This document shows, one piece after another, positions 20,762 to 31,701 of a stretch of 64,000 nucleotides of DNA. The DNA is taken from contig CAWEQH010000001.1 of NCBI GenBank assembly GCA_963811165.1, positions 627,563 to 691,562 of the forward strand, read 5' to 3'. The notes under the pieces were generated by a model that ran no database searches, was not told the origin of the DNA, and worked only from the letters and a program-made list of their open reading frames with translations. The stretch's first letter is position 1. The number at the start of each line of letters is the position of its first letter. The position numbers and the translations under genes were made by a program. The stretch is from an uncultured Nitrospiraceae bacterium (GTDB lineage Bacteria > Nitrospirota > Thermodesulfovibrionia > Thermodesulfovibrionales > UBA6898).

Positions 20762-20915
20762 TCTGGGCTACCTCTGCGTATCCCGGTTTTTTGCCCGGTG
20801 AAGAGCTTTTTCCGCAGGACGGGTCGGGGAGTCGGCGACGTCCCTCACAGTAAGTTTCATTTCGGTTCAATCTATCTATAGTGTTAAGGAATGGAAAAGT
20901 TATAAAAACTCTCTA

Positions 20916-20944
20916 AAATAAATCAATACTTACAGGCTTGTCAA
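20916..20944 (-). promoter_or_regulatory. Candidate sigma70 promoter for the hyf/ehr operon
   Basis: Minus-strand TTGACA followed after 17-18 nt by an AT-rich TATTTT. Confidence 0.35.
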
Positions 20945-21004
20945 GAGGCAACAGGGCGCCTCCGGTGGATCGTTTGTTCTGTTTTCCGATGGACGGGTTG
21001 TTGG

Positions 21005-21166
21005 TCAGTAAGGACGGAAGAGAGGTATATGTATTTTGTTGCTGTTTTCTTTTTTTGGCTTCTTGCAGTCCTTTGGCAGGCACATGCTGCAGCGGGTCTT
21101 GCTGCAATACTGGCAGAACGTGCAATCGGGGCAGGGGTTTTTCTTCAAGACGCCTTTCTTGTCCAT
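21005..21166 (-). CDS. Small Cys-rich protein (53 aa)
   Basis: MDKKGVLKKNPCPDCTFCQYCSKTRCSMCLPKDC: 7 Cys; co-oriented upstream of hyfB. Confidence 0.55.
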   Translation of the reverse strand: MDKKGVLKKNPCPDCTFCQYCSKTRCSMCLPKDCKKPKKENSNKIHIPLFRPY

Positions 21167-21386
21167 AGTATTAGTATATGCCTGCAGCTGCATCGGGGTA
21201 AAGCGGGAAGGCGGCCCGCGTCTGCTTTCCCCCGGCAATTTTACTTATGATGTACTCTCCCACTCCCGGCCATATCCCGTCCATTGACTCGGGAGCTGCA
21301 AATCCTATACACTTAATACCTCTGTTTGTATCAAACCGCTTCAAGGTGGAAAAGCCTGAGGACTTTAACGAGTGAGGTATTAAGCT

Positions 21387-22883
21387 ATGTCAAATGAGAA
21401 TATCGAAAATTCTTCTGATGCAAATCATAATGGAAGCACTGAAGTTGCTTCGGAGGTGAAAGAGGACTTTGCAGAACTCCTTGCCAGCAGCAAATCCAAG
21501 CAAGGAAGGCTTGATCCCGGCCAGAAGGTCAGGGCGAAGGTCGTGAGCATTTCCGGCGATCTCGTCTATATCGATCTCGGGGGGAAGAGCGAGGGCGTTA
21601 TCGATATCGCAGAGTTCACGGCCGAAGACGGGACGGTTTCCGTGCATGCCGGGGACGAGATTGTTGCATTCTACATCAATGTAAAGGACGGCGTAAGGAG
21701 GCTTACGACAATGGTGAACGGCTATTCTGCGGCCACACTGACCGCTGTCCGCGACGCCTTTGAGGCCGGGGTGCCGGTGAACGGGACGGTGAAACGTGAA
21801 GTGAAAGGGGGCTTCGAGGTGTCTGTCGGAGGGGTACGTTGTTTCTGTCCTTTTTCTCAGATCGATCTAAAGGGCGGACGCGAGGGGGGCGTCTTCCTGG
21901 GGCAGACATTCCCTTTTAAGGTCCTTGAGTACGAGGAAAACGGCAGAAACGTAATATTATCGAGAAGGGCGCTCCTTGAAGGGGAGAAAAGGGCCAGGAC
22001 GGACAAGCTTAAGGAAGAGCTCTCTGTGGGCATGACCATGAAAGCCACGGTACGCGCGATACAGAATTTCGGGACCTTTGTCGATCTGGGCGGTGTCGAC
22101 GGTCTTATCCCCGCCAGTGAGATCTCATGGGACAGGTCCAGGAGGCCTGAGGACACGTTTTCGGTGGGACAGGAAGTGACTGCAAAAATAATAGCCCTCG
22201 ACTGGGACGCAAACCGTTTGACATTGAGCATGAAGGCCCTGGAACCGGACCCATGGCAAGGTGTTGAGCAAAGATATCTTGTCGATACGAAAGTCAACGG
22301 CACCATAATGCGGCTTGCCCCGTTCGGCGCCTTTGTCATGCTTGAGCCGGGTGTCGAAGGCCTGATCCATATCTCCAACCTCGGCGCAGGTAGACGGATC
22401 AACCACCCTAAAGAGGTGGTAGAGGTGGGACAGGCGGTTGAGGTATATGTGCTTGCCGTCGATCCGGAGAAACGAAAGATATCTCTTTCGATAGAGCAGA
22501 AAATGAAAGCCGAGCCGGTCGTTCTTCCTGCTGTTGGTGAACGCGTCGATGGTACGGTCGACAAGGTGATGTCCTTCGGCATCTTCGTGAAGATCGGAAG
22601 CGGCCTGAGCGGTCTCATCCCCAACTCCGAAATAGGCTCGACCGGAAGCAAGGACATCAAACGTGCGTTTCCCCAGGGCGCCAAGGTCCAGGCTATTGTG
22701 GTCGAGGTAGATCAGGGGAGCGGCAAGATCCGGCTGAGCCGCAAGGCCGTTACGGACAACGAATCGAAAGAGGAATACACGCAGTATGTAGATTCCGCCA
22801 AACAGGCAGAATCTTCGTCAAGCCTGGGCAGTCTCGGGGACATCCTCAAGGCAAAGCTCGAAGAAAAGAGAAAGGCCGGGTAA
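21387..22883 (+). CDS. rpsA: 30S ribosomal protein S1-like protein (tandem S1 domains)
   Basis: DLGGKSEG, FCPFSQID, FGTFVDLGGVDGLIP, GVEGLIHIS repeats, SLGDIL tail; possibly a second paralog. Confidence 0.85.
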   Translation: MSNENIENSSDANHNGSTEVASEVKEDFAELLASSKSKQGRLDPGQKVRAKVVSISGDLVYIDLGGKSEGVIDIAEFTAEDGTVSVHAGDEIVAFYINVKDGVRRLTTMVNGYSAATLTAVRDAFEAGVPVNGTVKREVKGGFEVSVGGVRCFCPFSQIDLKGGREGGVFLGQTFPFKVLEYEENGRNVILSRRALLEGEKRARTDKLKEELSVGMTMKATVRAIQNFGTFVDLGGVDGLIPASEISWDRSRRPEDTFSVGQEVTAKIIALDWDANRLTLSMKALEPDPWQGVEQRYLVDTKVNGTIMRLAPFGAFVMLEPGVEGLIHISNLGAGRRINHPKEVVEVGQAVEVYVLAVDPEKRKISLSIEQKMKAEPVVLPAVGERVDGTVDKVMSFGIFVKIGSGLSGLIPNSEIGSTGSKDIKRAFPQGAKVQAIVVEVDQGSGKIRLSRKAVTDNESKEEYTQYVDSAKQAESSSSLGSLGDILKAKLEEKRKAG

Positions 22884-22932
22884 GCCCCGGCAACACTAAT
22901 ACGAGCAGGCACCGCATGCCGCCTCAAATTAT

Positions 22933-23059
22933 GTCATTCCGGCTTGTCCGGTAACCCCTCCCTGCCTCCCCTTATCAGGGGAGTATCCGCCCCTTCCCCC
23001 TTGATAAGGGGGGATAGAGGGGGGTTGGTTTCCCTATGCGCTTCACTTGCGGGAATGAC
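22933..23059. repeat. Nested REP-like palindromes between convergent genes
   Basis: Outer gtcattcc...ggaatgac; inner aacccctccc..ccccttatcagggg..cccccttgataaggggg..ggggtt (22953-23026). Confidence 0.7.
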
Positions 23060-23090
23060 GACAATGTGGCTTTAATTCAGAACTCTCTTT

Positions 23091-25085
23091 TTACACCTTT
23101 GGACCGACTTCAATCATCTTCTTTTTGATCTCTTTTATCCTGTCCCTGATGGCAGCGGCCCGTTCGAAGTCCAGTCCACCGGCCGCTTCTTTCATCTCCT
23201 TTTCGAGTCTCTTAAGGGTCTCGTCGTCAAGGACGTATTCCGCCTCTTCCTCTGCGGCGGCGGGCACCGTCCAGTAATCCGACTCGTAGATCGAACTCAC
23301 GATATCTTTGATGTTGCTCTTCACCGTCTCAGGGGTGATATGCATCTTTCTGTTATATTCCTCCTGGATGCGTCTTCTCCTTTTGGTCTCGTCGATGGCT
23401 TTCCTCAGGGAACCGGTGATGACATCGGCATAGAATATCACCTCTCCGTTGACATTTCTGGCGGCCCTTCCGGTTGTCTGGATAAGTGACCTCTCCGACC
23501 GGAGGAACCCTTCCTTGTCCGCATCGAGGATCGCGACGAGCGAGACCTCGGGCAGGTCGAGCCCCTCTCTGAGCAGGTTGACTCCTATGAGGACATCGAA
23601 TTTACCGAGCCTCAGGTCCCTGATGATCTCGACGCGCTGGAGGGTATCTATGTCGGAGTGAAGGTAACGTACCCTGACGCCTAGTTCAGTGTAATAGTCC
23701 GCAAGGTCCTCCGCCATTTTTTTGGTGAGGGTGGTGACGAGTACCCTTTCACTTTTCTCCGCCCTTTTCCTGATCTCCCCAAGGAGGTCGTCGACCTGTC
23801 CCGAAACGGGCCTCACCGTAGGTTTCGGGTCTATCAAGCCTGTGGGACGTATGATCTGCTGGACCGTCTCTCCTCCCGACTTTTCTATCTCATACGGAGA
23901 CGGGGTCGCGGAAACGTATATCGCCTGGATCACGCGCTTTTCGAACTCATCGAACTTCAGCGGTCTGTTGTCCAGGGCCGAGGGGAGCCTGAAGCCGAAG
24001 TTGATAAGGGTCTGTTTTCTGGACCGGTCACCCTCGTACATGCCCCTGATCTGGGGGACTGTGGCGTGGGACTCGTCGATGACAATCAGGAAATCGTCCG
24101 GAAAATAGTCTATAAGCGTATAGGGAGGGTCCCCCTCCGCCCGGCCGCTCAGATGCCTCGAATAATTCTCTATGCCGTGGCAGTACCCGAATTCCTTCAG
24201 CATCTCCATGTCGAACCTGGTGCGCTCCTCTATCCGTCTGGCCTCGATGATCTTCCCCTGTTTCAGGAACCGCTCGACGGCCTCCTTCATCTCTTTCTCA
24301 ATGCCTATAAAGGCGGATTCGAGCCGGTCTTTCGGCGTCAGCCAGTGGCTGTTGGGGAAAAGGGCTATCTTGTCCAGTTTTTTTAACCTGCCTCCCGTCA
24401 GCGGATCTGCTTCGCTCATTGCGTCTATGTCGTCGCCGAAAAACTCGACCCTTACAACCCTGTCCAGCGCGAAGGGAGGATAGATCTCGACGATATCACC
24501 CCTTACCCTGAAGCTCCCCCGCTTGAAATCGGTGTCGGCCCTGGCGTATTGCATCCCGACGAGCCTGTCGAGGACCACATCGCGCTCCACATGCATGCCC
24601 TCCTCCAGGAGAAGGTGCATGTCCATATAGTCCTGGGGCGAGCCTATGCCGTATATGCAGGAGACGGAGGCAACGACGATCACATCTCTCCTTTCGAGCA
24701 CCGCGCGTGTGGCCGAATGTCTGAGCCTGTCTATATCGTCGTTGATCATCGCGTCTTTTTCTATGTAGGTGTCCGTAGTGGGGAGATAGGCCTCGGGCTG
24801 GTAATAATCGTAATAGCTGACAAAAAACTCCACTGCGTTTTCCGGGAACAGTTCCCTGAATTCTCCGTAGAGCTGAGCGGCGAGCGTCTTGTTATGCGCG
24901 ATGACGAGGGCAGGTCTGCCAAGGTTGGCCACGACGTGTGCGACCGTGAAGGTCTTTCCGGAGCCGGTCACTCCGAGCAGTACCTGGTGCCTCTTCCCGC
25001 GTAAGGCCTCACCCGTAAGCTTCTCGATGGCCCGGGGCTGGTCGCCCCTTGGTGTGAACGGGGATGTCAGGCTGAAAAGCGACAT
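23091..25085 (-). CDS. uvrB: Excinuclease ABC subunit B
   Basis: [39 protein letters not shown]-terminal UVR domain. Confidence 0.98.
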   Translation of the reverse strand: MSLFSLTSPFTPRGDQPRAIEKLTGEALRGKRHQVLLGVTGSGKTFTVAHVVANLGRPALVIAHNKTLAAQLYGEFRELFPENAVEFFVSYYDYYQPEAYLPTTDTYIEKDAMINDDIDRLRHSATRAVLERRDVIVVASVSCIYGIGSPQDYMDMHLLLEEGMHVERDVVLDRLVGMQYARADTDFKRGSFRVRGDIVEIYPPFALDRVVRVEFFGDDIDAMSEADPLTGGRLKKLDKIALFPNSHWLTPKDRLESAFIGIEKEMKEAVERFLKQGKIIEARRIEERTRFDMEMLKEFGYCHGIENYSRHLSGRAEGDPPYTLIDYFPDDFLIVIDESHATVPQIRGMYEGDRSRKQTLINFGFRLPSALDNRPLKFDEFEKRVIQAIYVSATPSPYEIEKSGGETVQQIIRPTGLIDPKPTVRPVSGQVDDLLGEIRKRAEKSERVLVTTLTKKMAEDLADYYTELGVRVRYLHSDIDTLQRVEIIRDLRLGKFDVLIGVNLLREGLDLPEVSLVAILDADKEGFLRSERSLIQTTGRAARNVNGEVIFYADVITGSLRKAIDETKRRRRIQEEYNRKMHITPETVKSNIKDIVSSIYESDYWTVPAAAEEEAEYVLDDETLKRLEKEMKEAAGGLDFERAAAIRDRIKEIKKKMIEVGPKV

Positions 25086-25093
25086 GACCTGCG

Positions 25094-25786
25094 TCAGTGA
25101 CTTGGTTTCTGCATGCCGTTCAGTGCGGAAATGAACTTCTCCGTATCCGAAAGGTCCTCAAATACCACATCTGCGCCTGCATCCGCAAGGACTCCGTACT
25201 CATAAGGGCCTGTCGCTACCGCAACGGCGAATGCCCCGTAAGGTTTTGAGCACTCTATGTCTCTCGGCGTATCGCCGATGACCACGCAGTCCCTGAAGCC
25301 GACCTTAAGAGAGGTCCGTTCATATAATTTTTCGACGGCCACGGGAAGGAGTTTGTTCCTGTCCTCTGAATCGTCTCCGAATGCTCCGGTCTGAAAATAT
25401 GAATCGAGCCCGAAGGCCCTGAGTTTGACCATCGCCCCTTCCCGGATATTGCCGGTGAGGAGGCCGAGTATGGACCCGTTGTCGGACTTGAGGACCTCGA
25501 GGGCCTTTTTTATCCCGGGCTTGACCTGCCCTTTTTTCTCATCGATAGTATTCCTGAGATGTCTGATATAGCTCTCGAAAAATGCAGGGACCGCCCCGTT
25601 TACACCGATGCCGTGCAGTTTCAACCCCTCCCTGAGTATCTGCATGTCGGTCTTTCCGGCCATGCGGATAGTTTTAAAAGCGCCGGGGACCGAGAAGGTC
25701 TCCTCAAAGGCGAGGTCCAATGACCGTGTCCCTGCCCCGCCTGAATCGATAAGCGTCCCATCGATATCGAAAAGTATGTATTTCAT
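25094..25786 (-). CDS. HAD-family phosphatase (phosphoglycolate phosphatase-like)
   Basis: [20 protein letters not shown]. Confidence 0.88.
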   Translation of the reverse strand: MKYILFDIDGTLIDSGGAGTRSLDLAFEETFSVPGAFKTIRMAGKTDMQILREGLKLHGIGVNGAVPAFFESYIRHLRNTIDEKKGQVKPGIKKALEVLKSDNGSILGLLTGNIREGAMVKLRAFGLDSYFQTGAFGDDSEDRNKLLPVAVEKLYERTSLKVGFRDCVVIGDTPRDIECSKPYGAFAVAVATGPYEYGVLADAGADVVFEDLSDTEKFISALNGMQKPSH

Positions 25787-25836
25787 AAGTTAACGATAAC
25801 CAGCGGAGAGGCCCGAAGTCAACTTTCCTTAGAAGG

Positions 25837-25901
25837 TAACCCCCCCCGGGCGCCCTGTCTGCCGCCAGGCTTAAGATAAGAGCGGGGTTAAGGGGAGTTA
25901 T
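25837..25901. repeat. Degenerate REP-like palindrome
   Basis: taaccccccc...cttaagataagagcggggttaaggggagtta, with an internal cctgtctgccgccagg hairpin. Confidence 0.45.
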
Positions 25902-26018
25902 GAATTTCCTGGGTAAGAGAGATTTTCTTGACATCGGCCGCCCTTTGACCGAAAAATACGGGATGGAAGAAGTGTTTCAGCGTGGAGTCGGCGACATCTT
26001 GAAAAGGCGGACAGACGG

Positions 26019-26501
26019 ATGAACTGGTATGCCGTTTACACTAAGGTGAAGGCCGAAGGTGCTGTCGCCCAGCTCCTGAGCAAGGCCGGCGTCGAGACCT
26101 TAAATCCTAAAATAAGGATAAGGAAGTACGTAAGAAGAAAATATATCGAGTCGGTCGAACAGCTCTTCCCATGTTATCTATTCGCATTTTTTGACGAAGG
26201 GGACCAGGGCCATATGGTACGGTATACGCGGGGCGTGAGATATATCGTCGGCAAGGAGAACCCCTTGACGGTCCCTCCCCAGATAATAGAAGTCATCCGG
26301 GAGAGGATGGAGGGCGACATCGTCGAACCCCTGTCCGAAAAATTCGACAGAGGAGAAAGGGTTTTGGTAAAGGAGGGCCCCTTCAAGGACTTCTACGGCA
26401 TATTCGAGCGCCATATTCCCGGCAGGAAAAGGGCCACGTTGCTCCTCGAGACGCTCTACTTCAGGCTCGAAGTAGAGAACAGATCGTTGGGAAAGCTCTG
26501 A
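26019..26501 (+). CDS. NusG-paralog antiterminator (RfaH/UpxY-like)
   Basis: WYAVYTK..E, LFPCYLF, TRGV (NGN domain); KOW V.VKEGPF; sits at the head of the polysaccharide locus. Confidence 0.9.
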   Translation: MNWYAVYTKVKAEGAVAQLLSKAGVETLNPKIRIRKYVRRKYIESVEQLFPCYLFAFFDEGDQGHMVRYTRGVRYIVGKENPLTVPPQIIEVIRERMEGDIVEPLSEKFDRGERVLVKEGPFKDFYGIFERHIPGRKRATLLLETLYFRLEVENRSLGKL

Positions 26502-26558
26502 GCCGTTCGAACGCATCCTCGCGCCAAAGTTGCCGGTGGATCGCGGCCTTATCAATTC

Positions 26559-26588
26559 TTGATATTTCCCGCCAGAATTGGGTATTAT
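26559..26588 (+). promoter_or_regulatory. Candidate sigma70 promoter of the polysaccharide operon
   Basis: TTGATA-N18-TATTAT, about 60 nt upstream of the ops-like site. Confidence 0.45.
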
Positions 26589-26650
26589 TAGTTCAGTGGC
26601 TGAACGCACAAAGGGCCCGCTAAATTTTGTTCTGTGTTATGACAGGAAGC

Positions 26651-26662
26651 GGCGGTAGCCTG
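26651..26662 (+). promoter_or_regulatory. ops-like element GGCGGTAGCCTG
   Basis: Matches GGCGGTAGnnTG; in the leader between the RfaH-like gene and the first operon gene. Confidence 0.7.
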
Positions 26663-26762
26663 TCCGGAATCGGGTTTTTTACTCTCCGCCTCTGGCGTTT
26701 GTAATCGATTCCCGACCCTCAATTCCAACTGGTTGCTGTGTATTTCTTACTTCTGATCGTTC

Positions 26763-27164
26763 ATGGATGAGACCCATTTCAATACCCTCCGCGAATTAGC
26801 GAGGGACGGCTCACTCTCCCAGCGCGAGCTTTCGAGGAGGATGGGACTGAGCCTGGGCAGGGTGAACTATGTCGTGAACGCGCTCCTGAAGAAGGGATAC
26901 ATAAAGGCGAGGCGCTTCAAGAACTCGAAGAACAAGAGCGCCTATATGTATGTGCTTACGCCGGAGGGCATAAGTACGAAATTCACACACACCTACGGAT
27001 TTCTCCAGAGGAAACTGGACGAGTTCGAGAGGCTGAAGAAAGAGATAGAGATACTAAGACGAGAGACGGACGAGGTAAAGTCCCCGCAGGGGACGACCGA
27101 AGGTCCCAAGTTCAAAGTGGGGAATACGGGACCGGACAAAAGCGGTAAAGAGCGGCTTTTATAA
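26763..27164 (+). CDS. MarR-family EPS-associated transcriptional regulator
   Basis: SQRELSRRMGLSLGRVNY..NSKNK..YMYVLTPEG. Confidence 0.92.
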   Translation: MDETHFNTLRELARDGSLSQRELSRRMGLSLGRVNYVVNALLKKGYIKARRFKNSKNKSAYMYVLTPEGISTKFTHTYGFLQRKLDEFERLKKEIEILRRETDEVKSPQGTTEGPKFKVGNTGPDKSGKERLL

Positions 27165-27197
27165 TAAGATAATTACTCCGGAAAAAGGGGAGATTCC

Positions 27198-28211
27198 ATG
27201 TCTAAGATATTGGTGACCGGCGCAGCGGGGTTCATAGGCTTCTTCGTATCGAAAAGACTCGCCGAGCGGGGAGACGAGGTGGTGGGACTCGATAACCTCA
27301 ACGACTATTACGACGTCAACCTCAAGCTTGCAAGGATCAGGCAGATGGCGATGGAGAGGAACTTCAAGCCGGTGAGGATCGACCTGGCGGACCGGGAGGG
27401 GATGGCAAGGCTTTTCTCCGAGGAGCGGTTCGATGCGGTCGTCAACCTGGCGGCCCAGCCCGGGGTGAGGTATTCCATGGTCAATCCCTTTGCCTATGCC
27501 GACAGCAACCTCAGCGGTTTTCTGAGCGTCCTCGAAGGCTGCCGCCATACGGGCGTAAAGCACCTTGTATTTGCCTCATCGAGCTCGGTGTATGGGGCCA
27601 ATACGGCGATGCCTTTTTCCGTCCACCATAACGTCGACCATCCTGTGTCGCTTTATGCGGCGACGAAAAAGGCGAACGAGCTGATGGCGCATGCCTATTC
27701 GAGCCTCTATGCCATCCCCTGCACCGGACTCAGGTTCTTCACTGTGTACGGCCCTTGGGGAAGGCCGGACATGGCATATTTTCTGTTTACGAAAGCGATC
27801 AGCGAGGGGAAGCCTATCGATGTCTTCAACCACGGCAGGATGAAGAGGGACTTCACCTACATCGACGACATCGTCGAGGCGGTAGTGAGGGTCATAGACA
27901 GGATACCCGGACCGGACCCCCTCTGGAGCGGTGAGGCCCCGGATTCTGCAACGAGCTACGCGCCCTACAGGCTTTATAACATCGGCAACAATAACCCCGT
28001 CGAACTCCTGAGGTTCATAGAGATCATCGAGGACTCCATGGGCAAAAAGGCGGTGAAGAACTTCCTCCCGATGCAGCCCGGGGACGTGCCCGCCACTTAC
28101 GCCGACGCCGGCGACCTGATGAGGGACGCGGGCTTCAAACCTTCGACCCCGCTTGAAGAGGGACTGAAGAAATTTGTGGAATGGTATAAGGGATATTACA
28201 AGGTTTTATGA
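27198..28211 (+). CDS. UDP-glucuronate 4-epimerase (CapI/WcaG-like)
   Basis: [41 protein letters not shown]. Confidence 0.93.
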   Translation: MSKILVTGAAGFIGFFVSKRLAERGDEVVGLDNLNDYYDVNLKLARIRQMAMERNFKPVRIDLADREGMARLFSEERFDAVVNLAAQPGVRYSMVNPFAYADSNLSGFLSVLEGCRHTGVKHLVFASSSSVYGANTAMPFSVHHNVDHPVSLYAATKKANELMAHAYSSLYAIPCTGLRFFTVYGPWGRPDMAYFLFTKAISEGKPIDVFNHGRMKRDFTYIDDIVEAVVRVIDRIPGPDPLWSGEAPDSATSYAPYRLYNIGNNNPVELLRFIEIIEDSMGKKAVKNFLPMQPGDVPATYADAGDLMRDAGFKPSTPLEEGLKKFVEWYKGYYKVL

Positions 28212-29038
28212 GCCCTGAGAACGACATACTTGTGATCGAGGCCGGACGGACGGAAAAACATTACTGGCTGGACCTGTGGAGGTACCGTGAGCTGTTTTAC
28301 TTCCTGGCCTGGCGGGACATCCTTGTTCGTTATAAGCAGACGGTAATAGGTGTCGCCTGGGCATTGATTCGGCCATTTCTTACGATGGTCGTTTTTACCG
28401 TGGTCTTTGGTAAGTTGGCGAAGCTGCCTTCAGAAGGGGTGCCGTATCCGATCCTGGTCTTTGCCGCGATGCTGCCCTGGCAGTTTTTTTCGAATGCCCT
28501 TTCGGAGGCGAGCAACAGTCTTGTCGGAAACGCTAACCTGATTTCGAAGGTCTACTTCCCGCGCCTGATCATTCCGGCCAGTTCCGTGATCACGAGCTTT
28601 GTGGATTTTCTCATCTCCGGAGCAATCCTCGTCGGCCTCATGGCCTGGTATCGGTTTGTGCCGGACTGGCGGATTATCACTTTGCCGCTTTTCATCGGGA
28701 TCGCCTTTGCCGCAGCCATGGGCGCAGGTCTCTGGCTTACCGCCCTTAACGTCAAATATCGTGATTTTCGCTACATAGTGCCTTTCATCGTCCAGTTCGG
28801 CCTTTATGTTTCTCCCGTTGGTTTTTCGAGCAGTATTGTGCCGGGCAGATGGCGGTTGCTGTATTCCCTTAATCCTATGGTGGGAGTAATAGACGGCTTT
28901 CGCTGGGCGCTCCTGGGAAGCGAGAGCAAAATCTTTATGCCCGGATTCATCCTCTCAATGGCAATAGTTGCGGCGCTGCTCATTACCGGCATTCTGTATT
29001 TCAGAAAAACCGAGAAGTCGTTTGCGGATGTGATTTGA
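28208..29038 (+). CDS. wzm: Polysaccharide ABC exporter permease
   Basis: [35 protein letters not shown] terminus. Confidence 0.93.
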   Translation: MSPENDILVIEAGRTEKHYWLDLWRYRELFYFLAWRDILVRYKQTVIGVAWALIRPFLTMVVFTVVFGKLAKLPSEGVPYPILVFAAMLPWQFFSNALSEASNSLVGNANLISKVYFPRLIIPASSVITSFVDFLISGAILVGLMAWYRFVPDWRIITLPLFIGIAFAAAMGAGLWLTALNVKYRDFRYIVPFIVQFGLYVSPVGFSSSIVPGRWRLLYSLNPMVGVIDGFRWALLGSESKIFMPGFILSMAIVAALLITGILYFRKTEKSFADVI

Positions 29039-29046
29039 GAAAGAAT

Positions 29047-29107
29047 GGAGCAAAGAGCTAAGAGCGTAGAGCCAGGAGTAAAAGCTAGAGCAAAAAGCTA
29101 AAAACTT
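29047..29107 (+). repeat. Heptamer tandem array (consensus AGAGCTA), left flank of the four-helix gene
   Basis: ggagcaa agagcta agagcgt agagcca ggagtaa ... aaagcta aaaactt. Confidence 0.85.
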
Positions 29108-29110
29108 AAC

Positions 29111-29476
29111 ATGAATAAATTTCGTTTTGAGAACTTGGAAATTTGGGAGCGATCGGTAGAGGTTGCGAGGAAATTATTTCGACTGGCTGATGACCTTGAG
29201 AAGAATAAGCTGTATCGGTTTGCTGATCAACTCAGGGGTGCCGGACTCTCCATGCCGAACAACATTGCGGAAGGGGCTGGAAGTACATCAAAAAAGGAGT
29301 TTGTGCAATTTCTTAATATTGCCCGAAGATCGACGTTTGAAAATGCGAGCATGATCATGGTATTTGCCAAAGACGGACTTATTCATGATCGAAAGCGGGA
29401 AGAGATAATACAGGAACTCGATGAGCTTTGTAGAATGATTACGGCTTTTTCCCGAAGCCTTAAGGAAAAAGGGTGA
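29111..29476 (+). CDS. Four helix bundle protein (23S rRNA IVP/S23, Avd-like family)
   Basis: FENLEIW..QLRGAGLSMPNNIAEG..KKEFVQFLNIARRS. Confidence 0.92.
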   Translation: MNKFRFENLEIWERSVEVARKLFRLADDLEKNKLYRFADQLRGAGLSMPNNIAEGAGSTSKKEFVQFLNIARRSTFENASMIMVFAKDGLIHDRKREEIIQELDELCRMITAFSRSLKEKG

Positions 29477-29488
29477 TGATGCTGTCTT

Positions 29489-29570
29489 TAGCTTTTTGCA
29501 CCTGGCATATGCTTAAAACTATATGCTCTCAGCTCTTAGCTTTTTTTATCATTTGCTCTCAGCTCTCCGC
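29489..29570 (-). repeat. Inverted heptamer array (TAGCTCT-type), right flank of the four-helix gene
   Basis: tagcttt ttgcacc ... atgctct cagctct tagcttt ... ttgctct cagctct. Confidence 0.8.
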
Positions 29571-29587
29571 CAACAAGGAGTTAGACT

Positions 29588-30857
29588 GTGTCTAACGACG
29601 TAGTTATAAAAGTCGATAACCTCTCGAAGAAATATCTGATTAGTCATCAGCAGAGGGAAAGGTATACGGCCTTGCGTGATGTAATGGCCAATAAAGTTAA
29701 GAGCTTGGGGCGTAGAGTATTATCGCCTTTTCGCTCCTCGCTCTCTGCTCCTAGCTCCACGCTTGAAGACTTTTTCGCCCTCAAGGATGTTTCTTTCGAA
29801 ATCAAACGGGGAGAACGGATCGGCATCATAGGCAGAAACGGCGCCGGCAAATCGACGCTTCTGAAGGTACTGAGCAGGATCACCGAGCCGACGATCGGGA
29901 AGGATCGAGATCAAGGGCAGGGTTGCGAGCCTTCTCGAAGTGGGAACAGGTTTCCATCCGGAATTGACGGGAAGGGAAAATATTTTTTTGAATGGTGCAA
30001 TCCTCGGGATGACGAAGGCAGAGATAAAAAAGAAATTTGACGAGATCGTTGACTTTGCAGAGATCGAGAAGTTCCTCGATACTCCGGTGAAGCGATATTC
30101 ATCAGGGATGTACGTGAGGCTGGCGTTTGCAGTTGCCGCGCATTTGGAACCGGAGATACTGATTGTGGATGAAGTGCTGGCGGTGGGGGATGCTCAGTTT
30201 CAGAAGAAGTGCCTCGGAAAAATGGAAGAGGTAGGGAAAGAAGGACGCACGATACTCTTTGTGAGTCATAACATGTCGGCAGTTGCGACGCTCTGCACCA
30301 AAGGCATAGTTCTTTCTGCCGGAGCGGTCCACTTTCATGGGGACCCGCACGCGGCGATCAGCAGCTATCTCGTATCCGGGACCGACTCTTTATATGAGCG
30401 CAGGCCTGAAATAAAAAACACGCTTCCTGTGATCCAAAGGGCATGGTTTGAAAATGCCGCCGGAGAAAAAACCACTCAATTTTATAGCGGAGAGGCGATC
30501 CGCCTGGTGATGGACTCGGAAAATCCGGGCAGTATCCCTATGGAGGTATCGCTATCGTTCTGGGACAATCTTCGCCGTCCCCTGTGGAATTTTACTCAGG
30601 CCATGCACGGAATAGATACCCTCCCGACGGGCAGAAAGATCAGAAGCAGGATTGTTTTTTATCCGCCGAGGTTGACCGTTCCGGAGATTCTGGTGGATTT
30701 GGCGATTGGACAAAAAGGCGGGGGGTATTATGACCATATCGTGAATGCCATAAAGTGCTCAATTATAGAAAATTACGGGGAGACTGTTATGGAACGTTTT
30801 TCCGGGTGGCCCATATTCTGTGACGCGAAGATGTCAAATGAGGTTATTCTTGAATAG
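29588..30857 (+). CDS. wzt: Polysaccharide ABC exporter ATPase with Wzt_C domain; one frameshift near 29890
   Basis: GRNGAGKST in the first ORF; after a one-base shift it reads [41 protein letters not shown]. Confidence 0.88.
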
Positions 30858-31701
30858 GAAAACACTGAAAAAGATAGCGAAGGAGATCCTGCCGCCGTTT
30901 ATCCACGAGTCCCTGAGAAAACTGTTCTTGAGGGATAAGGATGTCTGTCGCCCCTCGTGGCATACCGTCAGAGGAGGTATTCTCAGGGGCAGAGAGTTAT
31001 TTCTTGATCCCGCCTGGGAGTGGCAAAGAGACATACTGGAGGGGCGATACGACAGTTTTCTGCTCGATTACGTAAAAGACCTGCCCATCAGAGGCAGGAC
31101 TGTACTTGAGATCGGTGCCCATGTCGGATTTCATGTGATGAACTTTGCCCAATTGGTAGGGGAAGAGGGGATGGTGTATGCCTTCGAGCCGAATAGATTC
31201 AACCGTGAAAGGATGGAAATTAATTTGAGGAAGAACCCGGACCTTGCACGCCGCGTCAGGATATTCGGGGTTGCGGTCTCGGATGCCGTTGGGGAGACCG
31301 ATTTTTATTTTAGTGAGGACGTGGACAGGGGGACCAGCAGCGGAAATTTCATTTCCGGTGCCGATACCTATTATCCGAAAAGCGAAGCGTATCTGGCATC
31401 ATTCAAGATAATGAAGGTGAGAATGATCTCGCTTGATCACGCGTCCGAGACCGGCACCGATACAATGCCATATATCATAAAAATCGACGTCGAAGGCGCC
31501 GAAGGCAGCGTAGTCCGGGGCGCCATGAAACTGCTCGACAAGCATAAACCGTTATTATTGATTGAAGTCCATTCCATCAGGAACATGCTGGAGATATCTG
31601 AATCGCTGCATTCACTGCAATATACGATAGTACTGTTAAAAGAAGAAAAAGATGGAAGGTGCTTTATCGCAGCCTCCCCACTTAATAAGGGTGACCAGTG
31701 A
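30838..31701 (+). CDS. FkbM-family methyltransferase
   Basis: [20 protein letters not shown]. Confidence 0.9.
   Translation: MRLFLNRKTLKKIAKEILPPFIHESLRKLFLRDKDVCRPSWHTVRGGILRGRELFLDPAWEWQRDILEGRYDSFLLDYVKDLPIRGRTVLEIGAHVGFHVMNFAQLVGEEGMVYAFEPNRFNRERMEINLRKNPDLARRVRIFGVAVSDAVGETDFYFSEDVDRGTSSGNFISGADTYYPKSEAYLASFKIMKVRMISLDHASETGTDTMPYIIKIDVEGAEGSVVRGAMKLLDKHKPLLLIEVHSIRNMLEISESLHSLQYTIVLLKEEKDGRCFIAASPLNKGDQ

Noticed and set aside
29040..29590. CRISPR array
   Set aside because: Units are 7-bp tandem repeats without unique spacers; no cas genes
29880..29910. Programmed frameshift or phase variation in wzt
   Set aside because: No slippery heptamer or long homopolymer at the shift; sequencing error is more likely
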